In this document: positions 10,237 through 19,528 of the stretch, one piece after another
How positions within the stretch are numbered: the stretch's first letter is position 1
Layout: the number at the start of each line of letters is the position of its first letter
NCBI GenBank assembly: GCA_041653535.1
Contig: JBAZFH010000005.1
Span: forward strand, 12,012 to 76,011
Reading direction: 5' to 3'
From: Patescibacteria group bacterium
GTDB lineage: Bacteria; Patescibacteriota; Patescibacteriia; JACRDY01
DNA: 64,000 bases
The notes under the pieces: model-generated
What the model was told of the DNA's origin: nothing
Database searches by the model: none
What the model saw: the letters and a program-made list of their open reading frames with translations, nothing else
Translations under genes and position numbers: made by a program

Positions 10237-10926
10237 ATGAAACTACTTTCCCGTCTGGAAAAAAACATAGGTACCTCTTTCAAAAACCAAGATTTGCTTA
10301 AACAAGCCTTGGTTCATCGGTCATATCTCAATGAAAATCCGGGTTTTAGCCTCGATCACAATGAACGCTTGGAATTTTTAGGTGATGCTGTTTTGGAGTT
10401 AGTGGTTACCGAACATCTTTATAATAATTATCCCAACCCCGAAGGAGAACTGACTACCTGGCGCGCCTCGCTGGTAAACGCCAAAATGCTGGGTGGCATA
10501 GCAAAAAAACTGGAAGTGGAAGACTATCTTTTTCTGTCTAAAGGAGAATCAAAAGACAAAAATTCCAAAGCCAGGGATTATATTTTGGCCAATGCCTTTG
10601 AAGCTATCACCGGCGCTATTTACCTGGATGGTGGCTACGAAGCGGCAAAAAAATTCATTGACGAAAAAGTATTGCCGGAACTACCGGAAATTTTGGATAA
10701 AAAACTTTACGTTGACCCAAAATCACGTTTTCAAGAAGCAGCTCAAGAACACGCGGGGATTACCCCACACTACGAAGTAATACAGGAAACCGGTCCCGAT
10801 CACGCCAAAAAATTTGTTGTCGGAATATTTTTGGATAAGGAAAAAATAGCACAGGGAGAAGGTATGTCCAAACAAGAAGCCCAGGAAAATGCCGCGCTGG
10901 CAGGGTTGGAAGTAAAGGGCTGGTAA
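10237..10926 (+). CDS. rnc: ribonuclease III
   Basis: RNase III signature ERLEFLGDAVLELVVTEHLY plus a C-terminal dsRBD. Start at the ATG (MKLLSRLEK) behind an AGGTGGA SD; the track ORF starts at an upstream TTG. Confidence 0.9.
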   Translation: MKLLSRLEKNIGTSFKNQDLLKQALVHRSYLNENPGFSLDHNERLEFLGDAVLELVVTEHLYNNYPNPEGELTTWRASLVNAKMLGGIAKKLEVEDYLFLSKGESKDKNSKARDYILANAFEAITGAIYLDGGYEAAKKFIDEKVLPELPEILDKKLYVDPKSRFQEAAQEHAGITPHYEVIQETGPDHAKKFVVGIFLDKEKIAQGEGMSKQEAQENAALAGLEVKGW

Positions 10927-10932
10927 AATTTT

Positions 10933-11005
10933 GCGGTCGTAGCTCAATGGATAGAGCACTTGGCTTCGGACCAAGGGGTTGCGGGTTCGACTCCTGCCGA
11001 CCGCG
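10933..11005 (+). tRNA. tRNA-Arg (anticodon UCG)
   Basis: Hand-folded cloverleaf: acceptor GCGGTCG/CGACCGC, D-arm GCTC-AATGGATA-GAGC, anticodon loop CTTCGGA, T-arm GCGGG-TTCGACT-CCTGC. CCA is not encoded. Confidence 0.85.
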
Positions 11006-11021
11006 ATTTATTTAAATTTAC

Positions 11022-11122
11022 GGGGTGTTAGCTCAATGGTAGAGCAGTTGCCTCTTAAGCAATTGGTTAGAGGTTTGTCCCTTCGGGACATCTCCCGTAG
11101 GGAGACAAATCCTCTACATCCA
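11022..11122 (+). tRNA. tRNA-Lys(CUU)-like gene carrying a 32-nt insertion inside the T-loop and a degenerate 3' acceptor strand; possibly a pseudogene or an intron-like insertion
   Basis: Identical to the intact tRNA-Lys copy through the anticodon arm. The T-arm reads AGAGG-TT[tgtcccttcgggacatctcccgtagggagaca]AATCCTCT. The insert folds into two hairpins, one with a C(UUCG)G tetraloop. The 3' end ACATCCA mispairs with GGGGTGT. Confidence 0.4.
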
Positions 11123-11148
11123 AGACTGTTCATTATTAAATTTTATAT

Positions 11149-11220
11149 GGGGTGTTAGCTCAATGGTAGAGCAGTTGCCTCTTAAGCAATTGGTTAGAGG
11201 TTCAAATCCTCTACACCCCA
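11149..11220 (+). tRNA. tRNA-Lys (anticodon CUU), intact
   Basis: Acceptor GGGGTGT/ACACCCC, D-arm GCTC-AATGGTA-GAGC, anticodon loop CTCTTAA, T-arm AGAGG-TTCAAAT-CCTCT, discriminator A. Confidence 0.85.
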
Positions 11221-11240
11221 CTTTCAATAAAATTAACCGA

Positions 11241-11310
11241 CTTAAATAATTGGTTGGAGGTTTGTCCCTTCGGGACATCTCCCGTAGGGAGACAAATCCT
11301 CTACACCCCA
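11241..11310 (+). pseudogene. 3' fragment of a tRNA-Lys from the anticodon loop onward, carrying the same 32-nt T-loop insertion
   Basis: cttaaataattggttggaggtt[tgtcccttcgggacatctcccgtagggagaca]aatcctctacacccca. Lacks the 5' half. Confidence 0.35.
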
Positions 11311-11451
11311 CCAAAATAACATCACTGAGAAGTGGTGTTATTTTATTTTAGAATTGTCTCAATATTGACATATCGAAAAAAAGAAGTTAACCTTCAATGA
11401 TTGCTTATTTAAAAAACATACTTTTGACACTTAAACCAAGGAGGTAGCAAA

Positions 11452-11739
11452 ATGAACCGAGAAACAAGGATTACGGAAATTCCTGATGTCGGGATTAAAA
11501 TCGAGCAACTAAAAAAGGCCGAGGGTATCTTTGGTATTAAACCAATACCCGGTCAGATAGCAAGCATTGATTCAATAGCCGCAGCGCCAGATAGCCAAGA
11601 CCTTTCTACGGCAAGAATCATCATTGCTCAATACAATTCATACGACGACGAGACAAATGATATGTCGATCACCTTAAACACCACCGAACTTGATGCCCTT
11701 ATTAAGGGCCTAATCGATTTGAAGAAAAAATTGGGTTAA
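11452..11739 (+). CDS. hypothetical small protein (95 aa)
   Basis: Strong AAGGAGG SD and a terminator at 11749-11779. Confidence 0.5.
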   Translation: MNRETRITEIPDVGIKIEQLKKAEGIFGIKPIPGQIASIDSIAAAPDSQDLSTARIIIAQYNSYDDETNDMSITLNTTELDALIKGLIDLKKKLG

Positions 11740-11748
11740 TAATTTCAA

Positions 11749-11779
11749 AAGAGGATCTTCACAAGATGCCTCTTTTTTA
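11749..11779 (+). terminator. Rho-independent terminator (agaggatcttcacaagatgcctct + T6)
   Basis: Hairpin plus TTTTTT. Confidence 0.6.
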
Positions 11780-11857
11780 TATTAATTTAAAATCGCCGGA
11801 TTGAACTTTTGATCAAAAAACGCTAAACTATAACTAGTTAACAAATAAGTTAAAATT

Positions 11858-12262
11858 ATGGAAGAAAACACTCAAGGTACTAGCCCGACACCAGCACCAA
11901 CTCCAGCGCCAGTACCACCTACCCCTCCAGCAAGCAAGCCAGCTGGATCCGGTCTTGAGCCAAAAGTCGCGGCTGCTCTCAGCTACGTGCTTGGTTTTAT
12001 CACCGGCGCGTTTTTCTTTTTTACTTCCAAAGACAAGTTTGTGAAATTTCACGCCATGCAATCCATAATCACTAGCGTAGCCCTGATTATTATCGATTAT
12101 ATTCTAGGATTTGCCCTGCGCTATTCCTGGTGGAGAATAAGCGGGGTCTGGAACCTCATAGTATTTGTCTTATTTATTTTCTTGATTTACAAAGCCTACA
12201 ACCAAGAAAAATACAAATTACCGCTGATCGGCGATTGGGCTGAAAAATGGAGTTCAAAATAG
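11858..12262 (+). CDS. DUF4870-like small membrane protein with a Pro/Ala/Thr-rich N-terminus
   Basis: PKVAAALSYVLGFITGAFFFFTSKDKFVKFHAMQSI resembles the DUF4870 family; two further TM helices follow. Terminator at 12301-12326. Confidence 0.55.
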   Translation: MEENTQGTSPTPAPTPAPVPPTPPASKPAGSGLEPKVAAALSYVLGFITGAFFFFTSKDKFVKFHAMQSIITSVALIIIDYILGFALRYSWWRISGVWNLIVFVLFIFLIYKAYNQEKYKLPLIGDWAEKWSSK

Positions 12263-12407
12263 TCTTCGGATAATATTGCCCTATATTTTTTTTAAAAAAA
12301 CCGTCTTAGCAAAAAGACGGTTTTTTATTTTATTGACAAAATATTAGTAATATGTTTAATATAATAATACTTAACGTTTTTTTAAAATCAAACCAAAGGA
12401 GTATCGG

Positions 12408-13205
12408 ATGAAACTGCGAAATATCTTGTTAACGATTATAATCGCCATTATCAGCATTGTTACAATCTTTTCTTGCGACAAAAAAGACGAAAGTGATGAC
12501 GACGGTGACGACGAAATGTGTATCAAATGTCACTCTACTTCAGAGTGCGTTTCATCTTTCGGTCAGGGCTGGGGTTGCGTTGACGACTGCTGTCTCGATA
12601 CCAACATCCCGCCCACCGATGATGATAATGACAATAACGACAACGGAGACCTGATCAACATCGCCCTTGGTCAGCCGGTTATTATCACCGACAACGGAGT
12701 CTGGGAAGTAAACAACGGCTCGACCGGTTATCTCACCAATGGCAAAATTGATGGTGACACCGTCGGCTATCAAAACTTTAACACCAACGAAGCGGGCGAA
12801 GTGACTATCACCGTCACTCTCCTTCAAAAATATCGAATCCAAAAAATCAGTTATAACCAAGGCAACTGTCTGCGAGCTGACGTTTGGAATGCCGATCTTA
12901 TGACCACTCCGTTCGGCACGACAGGAACGTTAGCCGGAACTCCTCACCACGGTGCCTGGACCAGTCACACCGGCGAAACCGTTACCAACCATGTGGCTAT
13001 TATTCTCACCAAAACCCGGCTGGACTGGAAAACTGATTGGTTGTCGATCGGTGAAATACAAATCTGGGCAAAACCGCAACCCGTCGGTGATGATGATTCG
13101 ATGAGTGACGATGATACCGGAGATGACGATAACAACAACGATGATAATAACGACAACAATGACAATAACAACGATAATGACGTGACTACGACTGACACCC
13201 ACTAA
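12408..13205 (+). CDS. secreted lipoprotein with Cys-rich and poly-Asp/Asn low-complexity tracts and a discoidin/galactose-binding-like beta domain
   Basis: Signal peptide plus lipobox (IVTIFSC). DDDGDD... and DNNNDDNNDNNDNNNDND tracts. Central domain ending SIGEIQIWAKP resembles F5/8 type C domains. Terminator at 13218-13248. Confidence 0.55.
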   Translation: MKLRNILLTIIIAIISIVTIFSCDKKDESDDDGDDEMCIKCHSTSECVSSFGQGWGCVDDCCLDTNIPPTDDDNDNNDNGDLINIALGQPVIITDNGVWEVNNGSTGYLTNGKIDGDTVGYQNFNTNEAGEVTITVTLLQKYRIQKISYNQGNCLRADVWNADLMTTPFGTTGTLAGTPHHGAWTSHTGETVTNHVAIILTKTRLDWKTDWLSIGEIQIWAKPQPVGDDDSMSDDDTGDDDNNNDDNNDNNDNNNDNDVTTTDTH

Positions 13206-13354
13206 ATTCACTCATTCAACCGGTCGCCTAAAAACGTCCGGTTTTTTGTTTAAAAAAGAAATAATTGTCATAGAGACGATTCATGAATTGCCCCTACAGA
13301 CATCAAAAAATAACCTTGCAAATAGCCAATTTTAGTGATAAACTGATAATTACT

Positions 13355-16300
13355 ATGACGGAAAACAATACCAAAAAAACTATACCCCAAAGCGAAGAAG
13401 AAATTCAGAAGTTTTGGCGGGATAATCAAATTTTCGAAAAATCAATAAATCAAGAAGCGCCGCATGGCGACTATATTTTTTATGATGGCCCGCCTTTTGC
13501 TACCGGCACGCCACACTATGGTCATATCGTGGCGAGTTTGATGAAAGACGTCGTCCCCCGCTACTGGACCATGAACGGCTGGCGAGTGGAGCGTAAATGG
13601 GGTTGGGACTGCCACGGTCTGCCGATCGAAAACATTGTCGAAAAAGAACTCGGCACTCATAGTAAAAAAGAAATCGAGGATAAAGTTGGTGTGGCCAAAT
13701 TTAACGAAAGCTGCCACAGCAAAGTCATGCTTTATGCTGACGAATGGAAAAAGTTTATCCCACGCCTCGGCCGCTGGGTTGATATGGAAGACGACTACAA
13801 AACCATGGACCAACGCTACATGGAAAGTATCTGGTGGGTGTTCAAACAACTCTGGGATAAAGGTTTGATTTACCAAAGCTACAAAGCAATGCATATCTGT
13901 CCGCGCTGCGAGACCACTCTTTCCCAATCAGAAGTCAGCGAAGGCTACAAAGATATCACTGATATTTCTGTGACAGTAAAATTTCAGTTAGTTGATGAAC
14001 CAAATACTTATATTCTGGCTTGGACTACTACGCCATGGACACTAGCCGGCAACATTGCGCTAGCTGTTGGCGCCAACGTGCCATATATTAAAGTAAAGTT
14101 TGATGATGGTAATTTTTATATTTTAGCTAAAGACACCGCGGAAAAAACTTTGACCAATGTTAAACATGAATTGGTTGAGGAACTAACCGGTAAAGATTTG
14201 GTTGGTAAATCCTATATCCCGCTTTTTCCTTACTACGACAAACCGGAAAATAAAGAACGCGGTTTTAAAGTCTACGCTGCTGATTTTGTTACTACTACTG
14301 ACGGTACCGGCGTAGTTCATATTGCTCCGGCTTTTGGCCAAGACGATATGAATCTAGGTATGGCAGAAAAACTGCCTTTCGTCCAACATGTTAATATGGA
14401 AGGTCGCTTCGCTCCGGAAGTTACCGACTTTTCCGGCGAGTTAGTCAAACCAATCGAAGATCCCAAAGCTACCGACCGCAAAATTATTGCTTGGCTGGAA
14501 AAAGAAGGTAAACTATTTGCGCAAGCAGAATACACTCACTCCTATCCTCACTGCTGGCGCTGCGACACTCCGCTACTCAACTACGCCACCTCTTCTTGGT
14601 TTGTTTCTGTGACCAAAATCAAAGACAAAATGTTGAAGGCAGCTAAAAAAATAAACTGGGTGCCGGCTTATCTAAAAGAAGGTCGTTTTGGCAAATGGCT
14701 TGAAGGCGCTACCGACTGGTCTATTTCTCGCCAGCGTTTTTGGGGTTCGGTCATGCCGATCTGGCAGTGTACCAAATGTAAAGAAAATCTGGTTTTTGGT
14801 TCGATCGAAGATTTGCGACAAGCAGCATTAGAACAAATTACTAAATTAATCTTGGTTCGTCACGGTGAAAGCCAAAAAAATGACAGTGGTGTTTTTGATT
14901 CTAGTCTCGATAGCACTTTTGAACTGACCAAAGACGGCATTAAACAAGCTAAGGCCGCGGCCAAAAAAATCGCCGCAGAAAATAAAGATAATAATGTCGT
15001 TATCTACGCTTCACCGGTGCTACGTACCAAACAGACTGCGGAAATTATCGCCAAAGAGCTTTCTCTTGGTATTAACTGGGCGCCAGAGCTAAAAGAAATC
15101 GACAACGGCAACTGGGATGGTAAAACAAAAGACGACCCAAACATTGCCGCTTCCCGAGCTGCTTACAAAAAATTAAACCTAGAAGAACAATACACCGCCA
15201 AACGCGGTGAAACCGGTGAATCATGGAAAGAACAAGAAGACCGAATGTATAACTTTGTCAGAACTGTTCTAGAAAAAGAAATTGGCAAAACCATCATTTT
15301 GGTTGGTCATCAGGGTCCGCTGCTTTATTTACTCAAATCGATTGAAGACTTGAGTCTAGAAAAGATCTACAAACTTTTTGACTCTCCGGCTTGGAATAGC
15401 TACGCCTATCCGATGAACGTTTATGTTAACCAAAAAACTCAAAAGCAGTTTGATCTGCATAAACAGACTGTTGATCCGATCGAAATCCGCTGTCCCAAAT
15501 GCGACCAACTGGCAAAACGTATTCCCGATGTACTCGACTGTTGGTTTGAGTCCGGGTCCATGCCTTATGCTCAACTTCATTATCCTTTTGAAAACAAAGA
15601 AAAGTTTGAAAGTAATTTTCCGGCAAAATTTATTGCCGAAGGCGTTGACCAAACTCGCGCCTGGTTTTATTACCTATTAGTTATCTCTACTGCCATCATG
15701 GATGAGGCGCCTTTTGAAAACGTGATTGCTAACGGTATTGTGCTAGCCGAAAACGGTCAGAAGATGAGCAAGCGGCTCAAAAATTATCCTGATCCAAACG
15801 CAGTTATCGATCGCTTTGGTGCCGACGCTATGCGCTACTACCTACTCACCTCTCCGGTGGTAAAAGCCGAGACACTAAACTTTTCCGAACAAGGCGTCGA
15901 GGAAACCTACAAAAAATTAATCATGATTTTATCCAATGTCTTTTCGTTTTATCAGATGTACGGTGCTGTCGAGACAGTTGCCGCCGATGACTCAACAAAT
16001 ATTTTGGATCGCTGGATACTGGCAAAACTAAATCTACTGATTGAAGAAACTACTAAACAAATGAACGCCTACGATCTAGTCGCCGCTTCCCGACCGATTA
16101 TTGAATTTGTCGACGAATTATCGACTTGGTTTGTCCGCCGCAGCCGCGATCGCTTCAAAGGCGATGATGCCACTGATAAACAAAACGCCTTGCAAACACT
16201 AAAATACGTTTTACTGACTCTAAGCAAAATCATGGCGCCGTTTACGCCGTTTATTGCTGAAAAAATTTACCGTGAAATTGGCGGACAAAAAGAATCAGTA

Positions 16301-16828
16301 CATCTGGACGTCTGGCCGCAGGTTAATAAAAAATTGATCGACCAAACATTACTTGATCAAATGACTCTAGCCCGACAAATCGTCGAAGCTGGACTAGCTG
16401 CTCGCGCGACTACCGGGATCAAGATTCGCCAACCGTTACTTTCTTACTCCACCACTCTGACCAAAAAACTTTCAGATGAACTGATTGATATTCTAAAAGA
16501 CGAACTAAACGTTTTGGATATTAAATTCGGTGAAGATAAACTTGATACTACTATGACACCGGAACTAAAAGAGCAGGGTTTGGTCCGCGAACTAGTGCGC
16601 TTCATCAACGCTTTGCGAAAAAATGCTGGCCTGACTATCTCTGACCGCGTGACCGTTTACTATCAAACCGACAACCAGGAAATTAACGACGTTTTCACCA
16701 AATTCTCCGACCAGCTCGCCAAAGACACTTTGGCTAGTAGTCTAAAAAATGAAAAAGCCGAAGTGGCGGAAAACTGGCAATCCGAAGTAAAAATTAATGA
16801 AACTAAAGTCTGGTTGGGATTAAAATAG
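13355..16828 (+). CDS. ileS: isoleucyl-tRNA synthetase (type 2/eukaryote-like) carrying an inserted histidine-phosphatase (RHG) domain
   Basis: HIGH motif (PHYGH), WSISRQRFWG, CWFESGSMPYAQLHYPFEN and KMSKR. Start at MTENNTKK aligns with type-2 IleRS N-termini. A roughly 198-aa insertion at 14846-15440 carries LILVRHGESQKN...YASPVLRTKQTAEII...ILVGHQGPL. Confidence 0.93.
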   Translation: MTENNTKKTIPQSEEEIQKFWRDNQIFEKSINQEAPHGDYIFYDGPPFATGTPHYGHIVASLMKDVVPRYWTMNGWRVERKWGWDCHGLPIENIVEKELGTHSKKEIEDKVGVAKFNESCHSKVMLYADEWKKFIPRLGRWVDMEDDYKTMDQRYMESIWWVFKQLWDKGLIYQSYKAMHICPRCETTLSQSEVSEGYKDITDISVTVKFQLVDEPNTYILAWTTTPWTLAGNIALAVGANVPYIKVKFDDGNFYILAKDTAEKTLTNVKHELVEELTGKDLVGKSYIPLFPYYDKPENKERGFKVYAADFVTTTDGTGVVHIAPAFGQDDMNLGMAEKLPFVQHVNMEGRFAPEVTDFSGELVKPIEDPKATDRKIIAWLEKEGKLFAQAEYTHSYPHCWRCDTPLLNYATSSWFVSVTKIKDKMLKAAKKINWVPAYLKEGRFGKWLEGATDWSISRQRFWGSVMPIWQCTKCKENLVFGSIEDLRQAALEQITKLILVRHGESQKNDSGVFDSSLDSTFELTKDGIKQAKAAAKKIAAENKDNNVVIYASPVLRTKQTAEIIAKELSLGINWAPELKEIDNGNWDGKTKDDPNIAASRAAYKKLNLEEQYTAKRGETGESWKEQEDRMYNFVRTVLEKEIGKTIILVGHQGPLLYLLKSIEDLSLEKIYKLFDSPAWNSYAYPMNVYVNQKTQKQFDLHKQTVDPIEIRCPKCDQLAKRIPDVLDCWFESGSMPYAQLHYPFENKEKFESNFPAKFIAEGVDQTRAWFYYLLVISTAIMDEAPFENVIANGIVLAENGQKMSKRLKNYPDPNAVIDRFGADAMRYYLLTSPVVKAETLNFSEQGVEETYKKLIMILSNVFSFYQMYGAVETVAADDSTNILDRWILAKLNLLIEETTKQMNAYDLVAASRPIIEFVDELSTWFVRRSRDRFKGDDATDKQNALQTLKYVLLTLSKIMAPFTPFIAEKIYREIGGQKESVHLDVWPQVNKKLIDQTLLDQMTLARQIVEAGLAARATTGIKIRQPLLSYSTTLTKKLSDELIDILKDELNVLDIKFGEDKLDTTMTPELKEQGLVRELVRFINALRKNAGLTISDRVTVYYQTDNQEINDVFTKFSDQLAKDTLASSLKNEKAEVAENWQSEVKINETKVWLGLK

Positions 16829-16910
16829 TAAATAGGAGGTAGTAAATAGTAGATAATAAAATATCTACCCACCACCTCCTAACCTCCTATCATCCTAACC
16901 TCCTATATTT

Positions 16911-17867
16911 ATGAATGTTCAACAAATTTTCGATCTCGCTATCAAGCTCGGTGTTGATGCCGACTTGCGCGGCAAAGCAGCTGTCCAAAAGATGCTCCGA
17001 CGCAAAAAAGAACTGTACGACAAGTTAGGCAAGGATGCCAAAGCCGAATTTGATACCGAAGCGTTAACCAACCCTTATTTGGATAGCCGTGTTCATTATG
17101 ATTCTGGCAAGCCAGTCAAAAAAGTTTTGGTTGGTATTGACATGGAGGGCGATGAGCTGATTATTGCCAACCAAATGAAAGACATCGATGCGGTAATTGC
17201 CCATCATCCTCGCGGTAAAGGTTTGGCTGATCTTGCTGACGTCATGCATTTACAAGCCGAAGTACTTGCCGGCTATGGCGTACCGATCAACGTAGCCGAA
17301 GGCGTCCAGCGGGAAAAGATATCCGAAGTAGCTCGCAGTCTCAGCGCCGTCAATCATTATCGCCCGGTCGACATGGCTCGTCTGCTAAATCTTAGCTACC
17401 TGAACATCCACACTCCGGCAGACAACCTAGTCGCTAGTTTTCTGAAGAAAAAAATTACCTCCGGCAAATGCGAATACGTTGGCGATATCATGAAAATGTT
17501 AAAAGGGATTCCAGAATACACAGCAGCAGTCAAGCTTGGCACCGGACCAAAAGTACTTACCGGTAGCGCCAACAATCATTGTGGCAAAATTGCTATTACT
17601 GAAATTACCGGCGGTACCGAAGGTTCGCCAAAAATTTATGAAAAAATGGCACAAGCCGGTATCGGTACCGTCATCTCCATGCATCAATCCGAAGAACACC
17701 GCAAGGAAGCCGAAGCCGCTCATATCAATGTTATTATCGCCGGACATATTTCCTCCGACTCGCTGGGCATGAATCTATTTTTAGACGAACTGGAAAAAAA
17801 GGGAATTAAACTCATTCCTTGTTCTGGTCTGATCCGCGTCAGCCGCAACAAAAAAAACCGCCAATAG
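16911..17867 (+). CDS. Nif3-like dinuclear metal-centre protein (YqfO/YbgI family)
   Basis: VLVGIDMEGDELIIANQMKDIDAVIAHHP and the C-terminal HINVIIAGHISSDSLGMN metal-binding motifs typical of NIF3/DUF34. Confidence 0.6.
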   Translation: MNVQQIFDLAIKLGVDADLRGKAAVQKMLRRKKELYDKLGKDAKAEFDTEALTNPYLDSRVHYDSGKPVKKVLVGIDMEGDELIIANQMKDIDAVIAHHPRGKGLADLADVMHLQAEVLAGYGVPINVAEGVQREKISEVARSLSAVNHYRPVDMARLLNLSYLNIHTPADNLVASFLKKKITSGKCEYVGDIMKMLKGIPEYTAAVKLGTGPKVLTGSANNHCGKIAITEITGGTEGSPKIYEKMAQAGIGTVISMHQSEEHRKEAEAAHINVIIAGHISSDSLGMNLFLDELEKKGIKLIPCSGLIRVSRNKKNRQ

Positions 17868-17895
17868 TTGTTTATACTATATTAGTTTTAAAAAA

Positions 17896-17926
17896 AACCG
17901 CCGACATTTTAAGCAGCGGTTTTTTA
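17896..17926 (+). terminator. Rho-independent terminator (accgccgacattttaagcagcggt + T5)
   Basis: Hairpin plus T-run. Confidence 0.6.
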
Positions 17927-18049
17927 AGCTATCGGCTATAAACTATTTATTATTTCCCATTGACAACTTATTTTTCAAAATGTATCGTTAAGATTGCCTT
18001 TATACTAGTGCTAAGAGAATAGTGTTTTTTAAGAAAGGGGGCAGGTCTC

Positions 18050-18268
18050 ATGTCAGGCAAAGGCAAAAAGAGGACGGGCAATGGAGAGATCGACGTCGAT
18101 GTATACACTTTTATGGTTCAAAAAATGGCTATAACCAACCCTAACCATTTCAGTGCGGAATGCAGTGATGAATGCTGGGCGGGATTACCTCAACACCCGA
18201 CCAGACGCAGAGATCCACTGCGACGTGAAAATGATCTCAAGAAAACCACCGGCTCCGTTCTAATTTAA
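18050..18268 (+). CDS. hypothetical small protein (72 aa), atypically GC-rich
   Basis: ORF with a weak SD. Its composition differs from the flanks. Low confidence. Confidence 0.3.
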   Translation: MSGKGKKRTGNGEIDVDVYTFMVQKMAITNPNHFSAECSDECWAGLPQHPTRRRDPLRRENDLKKTTGSVLI

Positions 18269-18397
18269 TTGCTAAAAGCCTAGGAGAAAAACCCACCAAA
18301 AGACCGCAATCATATTTGACCGTCGCAATGGCGGTCGTTTTTTTTATTCAAAATAAGACATTTCTTCCCTAAAATAAGCTTTTAAAACATCCTGCTA

Positions 18398-18426
18398 TTG
18401 ACAATAAATGTTAAATATGATATGAT
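18398..18426 (+). promoter_or_regulatory. Sigma70-like promoter (TTGACA-17-TATGAT)
   Basis: Near-consensus hexamers with a 17-bp spacer. Followed by a roughly 125-nt leader containing a long imperfect hairpin at 18446-18518. Confidence 0.5.
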
Positions 18427-18558
18427 GATTAATTCTGAACATTACAAAAAATAGCTGTTTCTAAATAGCGGTAACCCGCCTTGTGTGGGTTGCTGCTAGC
18501 TAGAAATAGCTATTTAATAACGAAAAACCATTAACCGGATAACCAGGAGGTTACCAGC

Positions 18559-19353
18559 ATGGCAAAGCGTTACTACCGGCTGCAAGTCGGAACCAACGAT
18601 TACATCCCCCGGGTCGACGGCCTGTCCAACCCGAACGAGCCGCAGCACCAGCTGCAGGCCCGTGGCGAAGACGGTCGTTTCATCGACAACGACATCCTTA
18701 TTTCGATGACGTTTGACGATGAAATGCTCCGTAACGGGGAAGTCTTTGGCTTCCACATCATCGGTGTCATGAAGCCGATAGCCGACGAAGATGATGAGCT
18801 CATGGTCGATCTGCAAAAGAGTTTGGAAGAAAAAGAAATGGCGGCGCGTGATCATGAGCGCTATTTGCTGGAAAAACACCTTGAGGGTTTCGAAGTGATC
18901 GATGCCAACGGCAAGCAGGTCTATGACCTCGATTGCTATGATGACGAACCGTTCGACGACAAAAAATCCGATTGCTACGACGATCTTGAGACTAACGAAA
19001 CGCGAATCGCCGAAGCCGACCGCCGGCAAAAAAATCATATCCGAGACCATTTGGAGTGGCGCCGTGACGGAAGGGTCAAGAGCAGACGATTCGAAAGCAC
19101 ACCGCCCAGTCAAAAAGGACTGGAAATCAAACGCGCGCAAAAGATCGGTGCCGAAATGCGTTGGTACGGCTTTTCGGATGACCCCTGGCGCTTCTACGAA
19201 GTACCGGAACGGCGACCGAAAGCATTCACCATCTGGACAGCTCTCCGGTTGGTGAATAAAAAGTTTCAAATCAACCAACCGACCATGTTACGGCGAACTC
19301 TTTTCGCCGGAATTCCGACGGCGAATAGTTCGTTCCACGTCGCCCATGCGTAA
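18559..19353 (+). CDS. hypothetical acidic protein (264 aa), GC-rich relative to host
   Basis: AGGAGG SD 8 nt upstream. GC-rich third-position codon bias on the plus strand. The antisense 254-aa ORF is judged spurious. Confidence 0.5.
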   Translation: MAKRYYRLQVGTNDYIPRVDGLSNPNEPQHQLQARGEDGRFIDNDILISMTFDDEMLRNGEVFGFHIIGVMKPIADEDDELMVDLQKSLEEKEMAARDHERYLLEKHLEGFEVIDANGKQVYDLDCYDDEPFDDKKSDCYDDLETNETRIAEADRRQKNHIRDHLEWRRDGRVKSRRFESTPPSQKGLEIKRAQKIGAEMRWYGFSDDPWRFYEVPERRPKAFTIWTALRLVNKKFQINQPTMLRRTLFAGIPTANSSFHVAHA

Positions 19354-19434
19354 GTGGATGGACTATAGACAAGCAATTTTACCCCACCAACAGCGACACA
19401 TCTGTCGCAATCACTAATTCATCACTACAGCCAC

Positions 19435-19465
19435 GCCCCGCGCCTAAAAACGCGGGGTTTTTGCT
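19435..19465 (+). terminator. Rho-independent terminator (ccccgcgcctaaaaacgcgggg + T5)
   Basis: Hairpin plus T-run. Confidence 0.65.
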
Positions 19466-19528
19466 TTTTTTACAGAAATGATATAATAAAAACAGTGAAA
19501 AAACATTTTTATTCAAAGGGAGGGTAAA

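Noticed and set aside
11114-11314. 66-aa minus-strand ORF over the tRNA-Lys cluster
   Set aside because: Overlaps tRNA genes. Spurious.
18514-19278. 254-aa minus-strand ORF opposite the 18559..19353 gene
   Set aside because: The plus-strand ORF has an AGGAGG SD, an upstream consensus promoter and a downstream terminator. The minus ORF has none.
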